Source: Hyalangium minutum (GTDB lineage: Bacteria > Myxococcota > Myxococcia > Myxococcales > Myxococcaceae). Taken from it: a DNA stretch of 64,000 nucleotides. Shown here piece by piece: positions 16,351 to 26,115 of this stretch. The notes beneath the pieces are model-generated. The model was not told where the DNA came from, ran no database searches, and was given only the letters and a program-made list of their open reading frames with translations. The number at the start of each line of letters is the position of its first letter. Positions within the stretch are counted from its first letter, which is position 1. Made by a program: the position numbers and the translations under genes. The stretch covers positions 183,666-247,665 of the forward strand of contig NZ_JMCB01000017.1 of NCBI RefSeq assembly GCF_000737315.1, in the 5' to 3' direction.

Positions 16351-18366
16351 CTAGTAGTTCCGGAGATCGTCCTCATCGAGTGCGGGCTTCTTCTTCTTCT
16401 TCTCTTCTTCCTCACGCTTGCGCCGCTCCTCCTCCTCGCGCTTGCGCTTGGCCTCCTCCTCCCGCTTTTTCTTCTCTTCTTCTTCGCGCTTCTTCCGCTC
16501 CTCTTCCTGCTTGCGCTTCTCCTCCTCCTCGCGCTTGAGCCGCTCCTCGCCCTTGCGCTTGTCCTCCTCAGCCTGCTTGCGCTTCGCCTCTTCCTCGCGC
16601 TTGAGCCGCTCTTCCTCCTCGCGCTTGAGCCGCTCCTCTTCCGCGCGCTTCTTCTCCTCCTCACGCTTGCGCTTCTCCTCCTCCGCGCGAGAGGCCGGGG
16701 TGGACTTGCCCTGAGGAGCCGCGGTCGCCGGCGTGGCCTTGTCCCCGGCAGGAGGGGCCGCTGCGGGCTTGTCCTCGGGCTTGCCGGCCGCCGGTGCGGT
16801 GGCGGGCTTGTCCTGGGTCTTGCCCGTGGCCGCAGGTGTGGCGGGCTTGTCCTCGGGCCGGGCCGCCGGAGCTGTCTCCGGACGAGGAGCAGGCGCAGGC
16901 GTCACGCGTCCCTTCTTCCCACCGGAGTCCGCTCCGTCTCCGCCTCCCAGGAAGGCCAGCCACGTTCCCGCTCCCGCGGAGGCGAGGCCCGCGATCACCC
17001 CCACGTCCGCGACGAGCGCGTACGTCTTGCCATCCGAGCGGAGCTTCTCCGCCCGGGGATCTCTCTGAGGCAGCTTCTTGAAGTCATCCGCCTTGGAGGA
17101 AGCCTCGAGGCCGAAGTAGATGCCTCCCGCCACGAGCGCCGCGCCCGTGGCCAGCAGCACGTACCCCGCCGTCTTGCGTCCCGCGCTTGGCCCCTGCGTG
17201 GGGTAGTGCGTCGTGGGCTTGCCGCCCTTCCCTCGCAGCGCGTCCGTCTGGAGCACGCTGGCCAGGAGCGCCTGGAGTGCCGTGTTCCCCGCGTCACCCG
17301 AGAGCGGCAGCGGCCCCACCGCGTAGCCCGCGTTGTGGCCATCGGACACCTCCACGCGGAGCGCAATGGCATCCTGGCCCGAGATGCTGGGGGTGCCACG
17401 CACCAGCAGCGCCATCACCTGCTGGGTCCCCGCGAAGGTGCCCAGCTCGCGAAGCGCCGCGTCCCGGTCCGCTCCCTCGGGAGCAGCGGCGATGCGGTCC
17501 ACCCACGCCTTCAGCTTGGACGCGGTGGGGAGCGGCTCGAGCTTGAGCGCCGCCTCGCCCCGGAACCGCCCCTGGGCCGAGGCGTACCCGGGCGCGATGG
17601 CGGTGACGAAGTGCTCGGAGGACGTCAGGCCCGAGAGCGTCATGGGGGAGATGCCCTGGAATTGGCCATCCATGAAGATCTGGGCGGGTACGTCGCCCGT
17701 CTTCACCTCCAGCGTCCGGGTGGCCTCGGCGAGGATGCCCCGGCGAACCTTCTCGACGACGGCCAGCTCGTCCGGCGGGAAGAAGTTGGAGGAGAACTCG
17801 GCGCGCGGGTTCCGGGCGAGCACCTCCTTCAGCTCACGCTGGAACGCCTTGTTGTCGCCGTTGGCGACGTACGCGGCGATCTTCATCACCCGCGCCCGGC
17901 TCATGTCCATGAAGTGGCGGGACAGGTCGCTCCCCTCGTACAGCTGCGCGGCCTGGTCGAACTGCTTGAGCGCCTGCTGGGTGTCCAGCTCGTCGTAGGC
18001 CTTCTGGCCCTCCTGGAGCGCGGCAGCGGCCGCCGCGGCCTTGGCATCGCGCTCCCGAGCCCCCTGGGCATCTAGCGCATCCGCCAAGCGCACCAGTTGG
18101 AAGCGCTCGGTGCCCGCCACGGCCTGCTCAGCCTGGTACGTCAGCTGGGGCAGCTGGGCCTGGGCTGCGGCATCCAGCGGCACCACGAGCACGGTGAGCG
18201 TCGGCGCCGCGGCGGACGGGAGAACGCGGGGCAACAGGCGCACCACGGGCTGCTGTGCCAGCGCGGGCCCCGAGGCAAGCAGACCCACCATCAGGCCGCT
18301 CAGAGCCGACTGAAGCACACGAATCCAGGATCGTCGCATCACTCTCTCGACCATGTCGCCGCGCAT
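16351..18366 (-). CDS. Secreted PEGA-domain protein with E/K/R-rich C-terminal helix
   Basis: Signal peptide (ALAQQ), TPR-like helices, PEGA-like segment (AQIFMDGQFQGISP...EHFV), hydrophobic hairpin, charged tail. Start may be 18357 or 18342. Confidence 0.75.
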   Translation of the reverse strand: MRGDMVERVMRRSWIRVLQSALSGLMVGLLASGPALAQQPVVRLLPRVLPSAAAPTLTVLVVPLDAAAQAQLPQLTYQAEQAVAGTERFQLVRLADALDAQGARERDAKAAAAAAALQEGQKAYDELDTQQALKQFDQAAQLYEGSDLSRHFMDMSRARVMKIAAYVANGDNKAFQRELKEVLARNPRAEFSSNFFPPDELAVVEKVRRGILAEATRTLEVKTGDVPAQIFMDGQFQGISPMTLSGLTSSEHFVTAIAPGYASAQGRFRGEAALKLEPLPTASKLKAWVDRIAAAPEGADRDAALRELGTFAGTQQVMALLVRGTPSISGQDAIALRVEVSDGHNAGYAVGPLPLSGDAGNTALQALLASVLQTDALRGKGGKPTTHYPTQGPSAGRKTAGYVLLATGAALVAGGIYFGLEASSKADDFKKLPQRDPRAEKLRSDGKTYALVADVGVIAGLASAGAGTWLAFLGGGDGADSGGKKGRVTPAPAPRPETAPAARPEDKPATPAATGKTQDKPATAPAAGKPEDKPAAAPPAGDKATPATAAPQGKSTPASRAEEEKRKREEEKKRAEEERLKREEEERLKREEEAKRKQAEEDKRKGEERLKREEEEKRKQEEERKKREEEEKKKREEEAKRKREEEERRKREEEEKKKKKPALDEDDLRNY
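16385..16683 (-). repeat. Charged EEEKRKR-type low-complexity repeat
   Basis: About 100 codons of alternating E and K/R blocks. Confidence 0.85.
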
Positions 18367-18405
18367 TAAATGGTCTGCGCGGTGAAAAGCCAGCGAGGAA
18401 CGCGG

Positions 18406-19734
18406 CTACCGCTCAGTAGTGCCCGCTCGGGGCGCGGAGCCCGCCTCTCCTCCAGCCATGGAGTGGAGGTACTCCAGCGCCACCTTGAGGGGCGGATCCT
18501 TCAGCTTCGCGGCGACGTCCCAGGGCTTGAGGTTGGCCGGCAGCGTGCGGGGGCTCGGGGACTGCTCGGGAGCAGAAACGACGGGCTCCGCCTTGAAGTG
18601 GCGCTCCAGATCCTTCTCGCGCGTCTCGCGGCCCGGCTTGCCGCCCGGCTCCTCGTGGACGGAGAAGTCCGGGGTGATGCCGCGCTCCTGGATGCTGCGG
18701 CCGCTGGGCGTGTAGTAGCGAGCGATGGTGAGCTTCAGCCCGGAGCCGTCCTCCAGCTCGATGACGGTCTGCACGCTGCCCTTGCCGAAGGTCTGCGTGC
18801 CCATGATGACGGCGCGTCCGTGGTCCTGCAGCGCCCCCGCGACGATCTCCGAGGCCGAGGCGCTGCCCGCGTTCACGAGGACCACCAGAGGATAATTGGC
18901 CTCCGTGTCGCGGTCCTTGCTGCGCTCATCGGTAGCGTTGGCGCCGTTGCGGCCCTTGGTGGAGACAATGGTCAGGTTGCCCGGCAGGAAGCGATCGCTG
19001 ATCGCCACCGCCTGATCCAGCAGCCCGCCGGGGTTATTGCGCAGGTCCAGCACCAGCCCGCGCAGCTCTTTGCCGCCGTTGAGCCCGCGAAGCCGGTCCA
19101 GCTCCTTGCGCAGGTACAGGTCCGTGCGGTCCTGGAAGTTCTTCACCTTCACATAGCCGATGCCGCCGTAGAGCGAGCCCTCCACGGAGACAATGCGGAT
19201 GTGGTCGCGAATGATGGCGATCTCGCGCGGCGCGCTGAAGCCGTCGCGCATGATGGTGAGCAGCACCCGCTTGCCCGCGGGGCCGCGCATCTTCTGGAGC
19301 GCCCAGGGGAGGTCCCTGCCCTGCGTGGACTCGTCGTCGATGCGAAGAATCTCATCCCCCGGGCGCAGGCCGGCGCGCGCGGCGGGCGTGTCGTCGATGG
19401 CGGCCACCACCACGAGCCGATCCACCTTCCGGGCAATCTCCACGCCCAGGCCTCCGAACTCGCCGGAGGTGTCGATCTTCATCTCCTTGAAGACCTCGGG
19501 GGGCATGAAGAGGGTGTGGGGATCCAGCGTCTCGAGCATGCCCTTGATGGCGCCGTGCATGAGCCTGCGCTGATCCACCGGCTCCACGTAGTTGTTCTCC
19601 ACGTAGGAGAGCACCCGCGCGAACACCTCGAGGTTCTTGTAGGTGGTGTCTTCGCGATCCGCGCGCGCGGTGGGCACGGCGAGCAGCAGGCCCGCTGCGA
19701 GCGCCACACGCCACGAGTGGAGCAGGCGGTTCAC
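18406..19734 (-). CDS. ctpA: Carboxy-terminal processing protease, S41 family
   Basis: LDPH, PDZ (GGLGVEI), DLRNNPGG, SASASEIV, TFGKGSVQ. Confidence 0.93.
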   Translation of the reverse strand: MNRLLHSWRVALAAGLLLAVPTARADREDTTYKNLEVFARVLSYVENNYVEPVDQRRLMHGAIKGMLETLDPHTLFMPPEVFKEMKIDTSGEFGGLGVEIARKVDRLVVVAAIDDTPAARAGLRPGDEILRIDDESTQGRDLPWALQKMRGPAGKRVLLTIMRDGFSAPREIAIIRDHIRIVSVEGSLYGGIGYVKVKNFQDRTDLYLRKELDRLRGLNGGKELRGLVLDLRNNPGGLLDQAVAISDRFLPGNLTIVSTKGRNGANATDERSKDRDTEANYPLVVLVNAGSASASEIVAGALQDHGRAVIMGTQTFGKGSVQTVIELEDGSGLKLTIARYYTPSGRSIQERGITPDFSVHEEPGGKPGRETREKDLERHFKAEPVVSAPEQSPSPRTLPANLKPWDVAAKLKDPPLKVALEYLHSMAGGEAGSAPRAGTTER

Positions 19735-19778
19735 GAGGTGCGTCCTTTCCCCATTGACGACCCCAGTCTACACCGCCC

Positions 19779-20639
19779 CTACAGCCCTGCCTCGTCCGCG
19801 AAGCGCACCAACTGCGAGGCGAGCTCTTCGGGCCGCTCCACCTGGGGGATGTGACCGAAGCCCTCCACCACACGCACCTGGGCATGGGACGGCAGGTGGG
19901 AGCGGTAGTAGTCCAGCGTCTCGGCAGGGAGCAGGCGCTCGCTCCCTCCCCAGACGAGCAGCACGGGCATCTTCAGGCTCTTGAGCACCTCGGGCGCGAG
20001 GCTCTCGCGGGTGGCGCGGGCCTCGGCCGCCAGCGCCTGTACCGTGGCGGTGCCGTAGAACTTCCGAAGCTCCCCGGCAAACAACATCACCGGCAGCGGC
20101 GGCTTGTGGAACAGGCGGCCCATGAGCAGGCGCGCCTCGGCAGCCGTCTTGATGTCGAAGGAGGACAGGAGCGCATCCAGAGCCTCGGGCGCCAGCGCAG
20201 CGCCCGCCGGAGCCACCAATCCCAGCGCCTTGACGAGCTCGGGATGATCCCCCGCGAGCTTCACGGACATGGCGCCGCCCAGCGAGTTGCCCACCACGAA
20301 AGCCGGCTCGCGCACCACCTGCTCACACCAGAGGCGGAGCACATCGAACTGGCCGCGCACGCAGACGGGCCCACCGCAATACTCGGCGGAGAAGCCATGC
20401 CCGGGCAGATCCACCGCCAGTACTCGCGAGAAGCGCTTGGCCAACCCGAAGAACAGCTTGGCGAAGCCGTTGGCGGAACCTCCCAGGCCGTGCACGAGCA
20501 CCACCGGTGGCCCCTTGCCCTGCCCCTTGAGCTCGTACATGTGGACGGACTGGCCGGCCACGGAGACGACCTTGGACTCCACACCGCGCGCCACGAGCAT
20601 GTGGCGCATCACCTTCTGCACACCGCCTAACAGATCCAC
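19779..20639 (-). CDS. Alpha/beta hydrolase
   Basis: HGLGG, DLPGHG, GNSLGG, GHIPQVE. Confidence 0.88.
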   Translation of the reverse strand: MDLLGGVQKVMRHMLVARGVESKVVSVAGQSVHMYELKGQGKGPPVVLVHGLGGSANGFAKLFFGLAKRFSRVLAVDLPGHGFSAEYCGGPVCVRGQFDVLRLWCEQVVREPAFVVGNSLGGAMSVKLAGDHPELVKALGLVAPAGAALAPEALDALLSSFDIKTAAEARLLMGRLFHKPPLPVMLFAGELRKFYGTATVQALAAEARATRESLAPEVLKSLKMPVLLVWGGSERLLPAETLDYYRSHLPSHAQVRVVEGFGHIPQVERPEELASQLVRFADEAGL

Positions 20640-20707
20640 CGGGCTTGCTCGCTCCTGAGAAGGGTCCAGTCCCTACACTAATGGCTGCCAGGCCTTTATG
20701 CAGCGCG

Positions 20708-21823
20708 TCAAGGGCTGCGAGCGAACCAGGGTGCTGGATCCACGGCCACCCCGCCCTTGCGAATCTCGAAATAGAGGTAGGCCCCCTTGAGCGAGCCGGT
20801 GTCTCCCACGGTGCCGACATCGTCGCCCGCCTGGACCTCGGCGCCCACCGCGGGCCCCACCGTCGCCAGGTGGGCCATGAGCGAGTGGTAGCCGTTGCCA
20901 TGGTCCAGGATGAGCAGGTTGCCGTAGCCCCGGAGGGTCCCGGCGAAGACGACGGTGCCCGGGGCCACGGAGTACACGGGAGCGCCCTCGGGAGCGCGCA
21001 GGTCCACGCCCTTCTGCACGGTGACGGTGTTGAAGCGGGGGTTGATCACCTTGCCGAAGCCCACCTCGATGATGCCCACGGTGGGCATGGGCAATTTGCC
21101 CTTGAGCGCGCGGAAGCCGGTGGCCGTGGTGCCCTCCTTCATGTCCTCGAGCATGCGCGTGAGCTCGCCGTCCGCCTGCTCCAGCTCGCGCACCACGCGC
21201 TTCACCAGATCCACCTCGCCGGTGAGCGTGGCCACGACGTCCTTCAGCGCCGCCTGCTGCTGCTGGGCGAAGGCCACCTGCTCCTTGAGGAACGCCTGGC
21301 GCGCGGTGAGCGAGGACTGCAGGCGCCGCAGCTCCAACACGGTCTGATGTTCCAGCCGCGCCACGTGCTGTACGGCGCGCAGCAGCTCCAGGTCGCTCTT
21401 CATGGTGGCCTCGAGCGTCCGCGCGCGCCACACGAGCGAGGAGAAGTCCTCCGAGGTGAGCAGCGCCTCGATGGGCTGGCGGCGCGTCAACCGGTACAGG
21501 GCCCGCAACCGGGGCGTGAGCCGCTGCAGCTGCTGCTGGAGCACCCGGCGTGCAATGGCCTCCTCGCGCTCGGCGACGGCCACGCGCTTGCGGAAGGCGG
21601 CCAGATCCTTCTCCACGACTTGCACGCGCTTGCGAGCCAGGCCTGCCATCTGCTCCAGGAGCTCCACGGCCTCCAGCACCGAGACCTTCTTGGACTCGAT
21701 GAGGGCGATGGCGGCGCGCTGGGTGGCGAGCTGCTCGCGCACGTTGGCCCGCTCGGCCGCCTCGTCTTGTGCGAGCGCGGCGGTGGCTCCCAGCAGCAGC
21801 ATGAGGAGAACCGTCCGGCTCAT
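20708..21823 (-). CDS. envC: EnvC-like murein hydrolase activator (coiled coil plus degenerate M23)
   Basis: ATG at 21823 overlaps ftsX stop; signal peptide, long coiled coil; M23 lacks Zn ligands (QKGVD instead of HxxxD; YLYFE instead of HLHFE). Confidence 0.85.
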   Translation of the reverse strand: MSRTVLLMLLLGATAALAQDEAAERANVREQLATQRAAIALIESKKVSVLEAVELLEQMAGLARKRVQVVEKDLAAFRKRVAVAEREEAIARRVLQQQLQRLTPRLRALYRLTRRQPIEALLTSEDFSSLVWRARTLEATMKSDLELLRAVQHVARLEHQTVLELRRLQSSLTARQAFLKEQVAFAQQQQAALKDVVATLTGEVDLVKRVVRELEQADGELTRMLEDMKEGTTATGFRALKGKLPMPTVGIIEVGFGKVINPRFNTVTVQKGVDLRAPEGAPVYSVAPGTVVFAGTLRGYGNLLILDHGNGYHSLMAHLATVGPAVGAEVQAGDDVGTVGDTGSLKGAYLYFEIRKGGVAVDPAPWFARSP

Positions 21824-22722
21824 ACCCGCGAGAACCGCCCCACGGCGATGAAGCTGCCCACGAGCCCCAGCAGGCCACCCGCCACCCCCAGCTCCATCGC
21901 AAGAACTGGACGCACCAGCGCCTCGGAGGACGTGGGCCCCAGGAGGAAGGAGAACAGCGACGTCAGCGTAGGCCCCACCGCCCGGTCGAAGGCCCACAGT
22001 CCCATCAGCGCCACCGCCGCCCCCAATAGCCCCTGGAGAAACCCCTCGATGAGGAAGGGCGCCTTGACGAAGCGATCCGTGGCGCCCACGAGCTTCTGGA
22101 TCTCGATCTCCTCGCGCCGCGCGTAGATGGCGAGCTGGAGCGTCGCGGAGACGATGATGATGGTGGCGAAGAGCACCACCGCGAAGGCCACGAGCCCGCC
22201 AAAGCGCAGGGCCCGGGCAATCGCCGTGAGCCGCTCCACCGCCTCGCGGCCGTAGTCCACGCCTGTGACGCCGGGTAGCACGCGGATCTGCGTGGCGAGC
22301 GCCTCCAGCAGCTCCGGGGTCCGCCGCTCGGGGGCCACGCTCAGCTCCAGCGAGGGCGGCAGCGGATTCTCGGGCAGCTGCGCCAGCGCGTCGCCGAGGT
22401 CTCCCAGCTCGCGAGCCAGCCGCTTCAAGGCCTCGTCCGGCTTCACGAGCACGGCCTTGCCGCCACTGGCCGCCTCCAGCTTGGTGCGCAGGGAATCCAC
22501 CTGCTCCAGAGCCAGCTCCGGCGCCAGGTACACCGTCACCTCCACCTCGCCGCCGAGCGAGGCCAGCAGCCCATCCAGCGCCCGGCCCGTGGTGCGCGCC
22601 AGCCCCGCGGCAAACAGCGCGATGGCGATGGTGGTAATCGCGATGAAGTGCACGAACGGCGAGTGCCGCAGGCCCCCGGCCGCCGAGCGCCAGAAGTAGG
22701 AGACCTTGGCCAGCGCGCTCAT
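21820..22722 (-). CDS. ftsX: Cell division permease FtsX
   Basis: NPLPPSLE, REEIEIQKLVGATDRFVKAPFLIEG; follows ftsE. Confidence 0.92.
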   Translation of the reverse strand: MSALAKVSYFWRSAAGGLRHSPFVHFIAITTIAIALFAAGLARTTGRALDGLLASLGGEVEVTVYLAPELALEQVDSLRTKLEAASGGKAVLVKPDEALKRLARELGDLGDALAQLPENPLPPSLELSVAPERRTPELLEALATQIRVLPGVTGVDYGREAVERLTAIARALRFGGLVAFAVVLFATIIIVSATLQLAIYARREEIEIQKLVGATDRFVKAPFLIEGFLQGLLGAAVALMGLWAFDRAVGPTLTSLFSFLLGPTSSEALVRPVLAMELGVAGGLLGLVGSFIAVGRFSRV

Positions 22723-23414
22723 ACCGCCATCATCCGCCGCGCGGCCTTCACGCCATCCTCATCGGAGACGATGAAGCCGCGCTCCAGCCGCACCGTGCGT
22801 TTCTGATAGCGCGCCAGCAGCGTGCTGTCGTGGGTGGCCACCATCACCGTGGTGCCACGGATGTTGACCTGGTTGAGCAGGTCCATGATCTCCACGGTGA
22901 GCGCCGGGTCCAGGTTACCCGTGGGCTCGTCCGCCAGGAGGATGGTGGGATCATTCACCAGCGCCCGGGCAATCACCACGCGCTGCTGCTCTCCACCCGA
23001 GAGGCGCAGCGGGTATGAGCCCGCCTTGTGCTCCAGCCCCACCAGCTTGAGCATGCGGTGGACCTTCTCGCGGGCCTCGGCCCGGGGCACCCCGAGCACG
23101 TCCAGCGTGAAGGCCACGTTGTCCTCCACCGTGCGCTGGGGCAGCAGCTTGAAGTCCTGGAACACCACGCCGATGTTGCGCCGCAGGTAAGGGACGGCGG
23201 ACTCGCGGATGCGCGCGATGTTGCGGCCGCCCACGAGGATCTGCCCTTTGGTGGCCTTCTCCCCGCAGAACAGCAGCTTCAAGAGCGTCGTCTTCCCCGC
23301 GCCCGAAGGCCCGGTGAGGAAGACGAACTCCCCCTTCTCGACATGCAGGTTGATGTCCGAGAGCACCGGCGGATCGCCGGGGTAGGCCTTGTAGACATGG
23401 AACATCTGGATCAT
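22719..23414 (-). CDS. ftsE: Cell division ATP-binding protein FtsE
   Basis: Start [11 protein letters not shown]; [37 protein letters not shown]. Confidence 0.95.
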   Translation of the reverse strand: MIQMFHVYKAYPGDPPVLSDINLHVEKGEFVFLTGPSGAGKTTLLKLLFCGEKATKGQILVGGRNIARIRESAVPYLRRNIGVVFQDFKLLPQRTVEDNVAFTLDVLGVPRAEAREKVHRMLKLVGLEHKAGSYPLRLSGGEQQRVVIARALVNDPTILLADEPTGNLDPALTVEIMDLLNQVNIRGTTVMVATHDSTLLARYQKRTVRLERGFIVSDEDGVKAARRMMAV

Positions 23415-23523
23415 CGGCAGGGCGATTGTGGACCCAAGTGGGCCCTCGCTCCACTCCGTGACCCTCGCTTGCCTGCTTCCTGGGCTGCCGAGGCGCACCC
23501 AGGCGCACACCCGGAGGCGGCGC

Positions 23524-24075
23524 CTAGGACTGCTCGCCCTCGCCCGCGAGGTAGCTGAGGATGACTTCGTCGAGGCTCTTCTCGGAGATCAGGTCCTCGC
23601 CAAAGAGGGTCTCCACGCCCACCTCATTGATCTTGGGCTGGACCTTCATGGCGCGAGCGGCGGCCACCTCGGGAGGCAGCTGCACGGCGGCAGGCGGCAC
23701 GGGCTTGCTGACTGGAGCTACGGGAGCCTGCACCTTCGCCTGGGGCGCATCCGCTTCCGGGGCGAGCTGGCCGGGCTGATAGTGCCGCGTGGCGACAGAC
23801 TCGTAGTTGTCGTACACGCCGTTGATGAGGTTGCGCAGCATCTCCTTGTGCTGCTCCTCCATCAGCTCACGGACAACCTCGGCCAGGTTCTCGGCGTTGA
23901 GGATGTCGGCGTACGACGTCTTCTTCGAGGCGAGGATGTTCCCCCCCACGAACAGGTGGGTGATGATGTGGGGGTTGTTGACACCCGAGTCCTCGGTCTG
24001 GACGTGGTAGACCTTCCCCTTGTGCTTGATGTTGTGGTTGAAGCCGGTAACGGCTTTCTCGAAGGTTTTCGCCAT
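23524..24075 (-). CDS. romY: RomY-like polarity protein (MglB co-GAP)
   Basis: 183 aa; conserved N-terminus GFNHNIKHKGKVYHVQTEDSG, C-terminus SLDEVILSYL; lies between ftsE and carF as recalled for M. xanthus MXAN_5749. Confidence 0.75.
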   Translation of the reverse strand: MAKTFEKAVTGFNHNIKHKGKVYHVQTEDSGVNNPHIITHLFVGGNILASKKTSYADILNAENLAEVVRELMEEQHKEMLRNLINGVYDNYESVATRHYQPGQLAPEADAPQAKVQAPVAPVSKPVPPAAVQLPPEVAAARAMKVQPKINEVGVETLFGEDLISEKSLDEVILSYLAGEGEQS

Positions 24076-24306
24076 GCCAGAGGCGCCGGACGCTAGCAGT
24101 GGGTCAGGACCGGCACAAGGCAAGCCTACCGCTGTTCTCGGCCGCCGTCGCCTATCTGGCCGAATTCCTGCGTCCCCGCCTGGAACGGAGCCTGGCCGCT
24201 CTCCGTTCGGGTATAGGCGGGGTTCGTTGAAAACCGAAATCCAGCTAGGCTACGTACGTTCTTCCGTGAACGTCTGCCTCCCCGGCGATCCCTAACCAGG
24301 TGTGAG

Positions 24307-25155
24307 ATGAAGAACAACGTCACCAACAAGGTCCGTCAGCAGGACGCCAAGGTCCTGGCCCAGGGCTACACGCGCGCCATCCGCTTGATGGACATCGCCA
24401 GCATCGTCACCTTCCTCGCGCTGGAGGGGACGCTGGTGTACCAGCTGTGGGGTAACCCCCATGTGGGGCCCTGGCTGGTGCTGAGCGTGGTGCTCCTGGG
24501 CTACCTGATGGCGGACTTCGTGTCCGGCTTCGTGCACTGGATGGCGGACACGTGGGGCTCGGCCAACATGCCGGCCATCGGCAAGGCCTTCGTGCGGCCC
24601 TTCCGCGAGCACCACGTGGACGAGAAGGCCATCACCCGCCACGACTTCATCGAGACCAACGGCAACAACTGCCTGATCTCCATCCCCGTGGCCATCATGT
24701 GCGTGGCCATGCCGCACACCAGCACCGCGTGGGTGTTCCTGGCCGGTTCGCTCGGGTCGATGATCTTCTGGGTGATGGCGACCAACCAGTTCCACAAGTG
24801 GTCGCACCTGGACAACCCGCCCGCGCTCATCTCCTTCTTCCAGCGGGTGCACCTCATCCTTCCGCCGGCGCACCACCAGATCCACCACACGGCGCCCTAC
24901 AACAAGTACTACTGCATCACCGTGGGCTGGCTGAACAAGCCGCTGGCGATGATCGCCTTCTTCCCCACGATGGAGCGGATCGTCACCTGGGCCACAGGCC
25001 TGTTGCCGCGCCAGGATGACATCGGCACCGAGGCGGCTACGGCCCTGCTCGCGTCCGAGGTGGGCGGAGAGGCCCCGGTGGTGCAGGCCGCCAAGGCCCT
25101 GCTGGAGCGCACCGAGGAGCCCGAGTCCATCTCCTCCGCACGCCCCTCCGCCTGA
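24307..25155 (+). CDS. carF: Plasmanylethanolamine desaturase CarF (TMEM189/PEDS1 homolog)
   Basis: His boxes VHWMADTWG, FREHH, RHDFIETN, FHKWSH, HHQIHH, YCITVGW; synteny next to murI. Confidence 0.9.
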   Translation: MKNNVTNKVRQQDAKVLAQGYTRAIRLMDIASIVTFLALEGTLVYQLWGNPHVGPWLVLSVVLLGYLMADFVSGFVHWMADTWGSANMPAIGKAFVRPFREHHVDEKAITRHDFIETNGNNCLISIPVAIMCVAMPHTSTAWVFLAGSLGSMIFWVMATNQFHKWSHLDNPPALISFFQRVHLILPPAHHQIHHTAPYNKYYCITVGWLNKPLAMIAFFPTMERIVTWATGLLPRQDDIGTEAATALLASEVGGEAPVVQAAKALLERTEEPESISSARPSA

Positions 25156-25171
25156 GTCCCGGTAGCCGCGG

Positions 25172-25984
25172 TTAGAAGCTCAGGTCGACCTGCTCTGCCG
25201 AGGGGATGGGGCGCCCCAGGAAGCGCGCCCCCACCTCCACGAAGCGCTCCGGCACGTCCGTGACGTAGTAACCGTGAGTCGTCGGGGCCCCCTCGGGCGC
25301 GAGCATCTCTCGCAGGGCCAGCAGCTCGGCCGTGGCCTCCGCCGTGGCCTCCGCCGAGTCCACCAGTGCCACGTGGGGCCCCACCACCTCGGCGATGGCG
25401 CCCTTGAGCAGCGGGTAGTGGGTGCAGCCCAGCACCAGCGTGTCCACGCCCTCGCGGGCGAAGTCCGCCAGGTACTCGCGCGCCACGAGGTGCGGCACCT
25501 CGCCCGTCATCCACCCCTCCTCCGCCAACGGGACGAAGAGCGGACAGGCCCTCGCTTTCACCTTCACATGCGGGTCCGCCGCCTGGAGCTCGCGCTGGTA
25601 TGCCCCGGAGCGGACGGTGCCCGGCGTCCCGATGACGCCCACCCCGCCGCCCCGCGTGCGCTTCAGGGCCGCACGGGCGCCGGGGGCGATCACCCCGATC
25701 ACCGGCACTGGCAGGGCCGCCGACAGCGCCGGCAGCGCCACGGCGGAGGCCGTGTTGCAGGCCACCACCAGCAGCTTGATGCCGCGCTCGAGGAGGAACT
25801 GCGCGTTCTTGAGCGAGTAGCGCGTCACCACCTCGCCGGACTTGGTGCCGTAGGGAACGCGCGCCGTGTCGCCCAGATAGAGGGTGCTCTCGTGAGGGAG
25901 TCTCTCCATGAGCGACTTGAGGACGGTGAGCCCTCCGACACCCGAGTCGAACACCCCAATGGGACCGTGGCTGGTTTGCCGCAT
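25172..25984 (-). CDS. murI: Glutamate racemase
   Basis: GVFDSGVGG, PYGTKS, VACNTAS, LGCTHYP. Confidence 0.96.
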   Translation of the reverse strand: MRQTSHGPIGVFDSGVGGLTVLKSLMERLPHESTLYLGDTARVPYGTKSGEVVTRYSLKNAQFLLERGIKLLVVACNTASAVALPALSAALPVPVIGVIAPGARAALKRTRGGGVGVIGTPGTVRSGAYQRELQAADPHVKVKARACPLFVPLAEEGWMTGEVPHLVAREYLADFAREGVDTLVLGCTHYPLLKGAIAEVVGPHVALVDSAEATAEATAELLALREMLAPEGAPTTHGYYVTDVPERFVEVGARFLGRPIPSAEQVDLSF

Positions 25985-26057
25985 GCCCCTGCTCCCTATC
26001 ACGTTTGATGCCAACGCCCACGCAGTGGGCGGGAGGACACAGGCCCCCGCAGCGCAA

Positions 26058-26087
26058 AGAGGGCCGGGATGGAATCCCCGGCCCTCT
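26058..26087 (-). terminator. Probable intrinsic terminator of the lipoprotein gene
   Basis: 11-bp stem AGAGGGCCGGG/CCCGGCCCTCT, 8-nt loop, 28 nt after the stop; only a short U run. Confidence 0.5.
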
Positions 26088-26115
26088 CGCTTCCCCTACA
26101 ACCTGCCGTCCTGGG

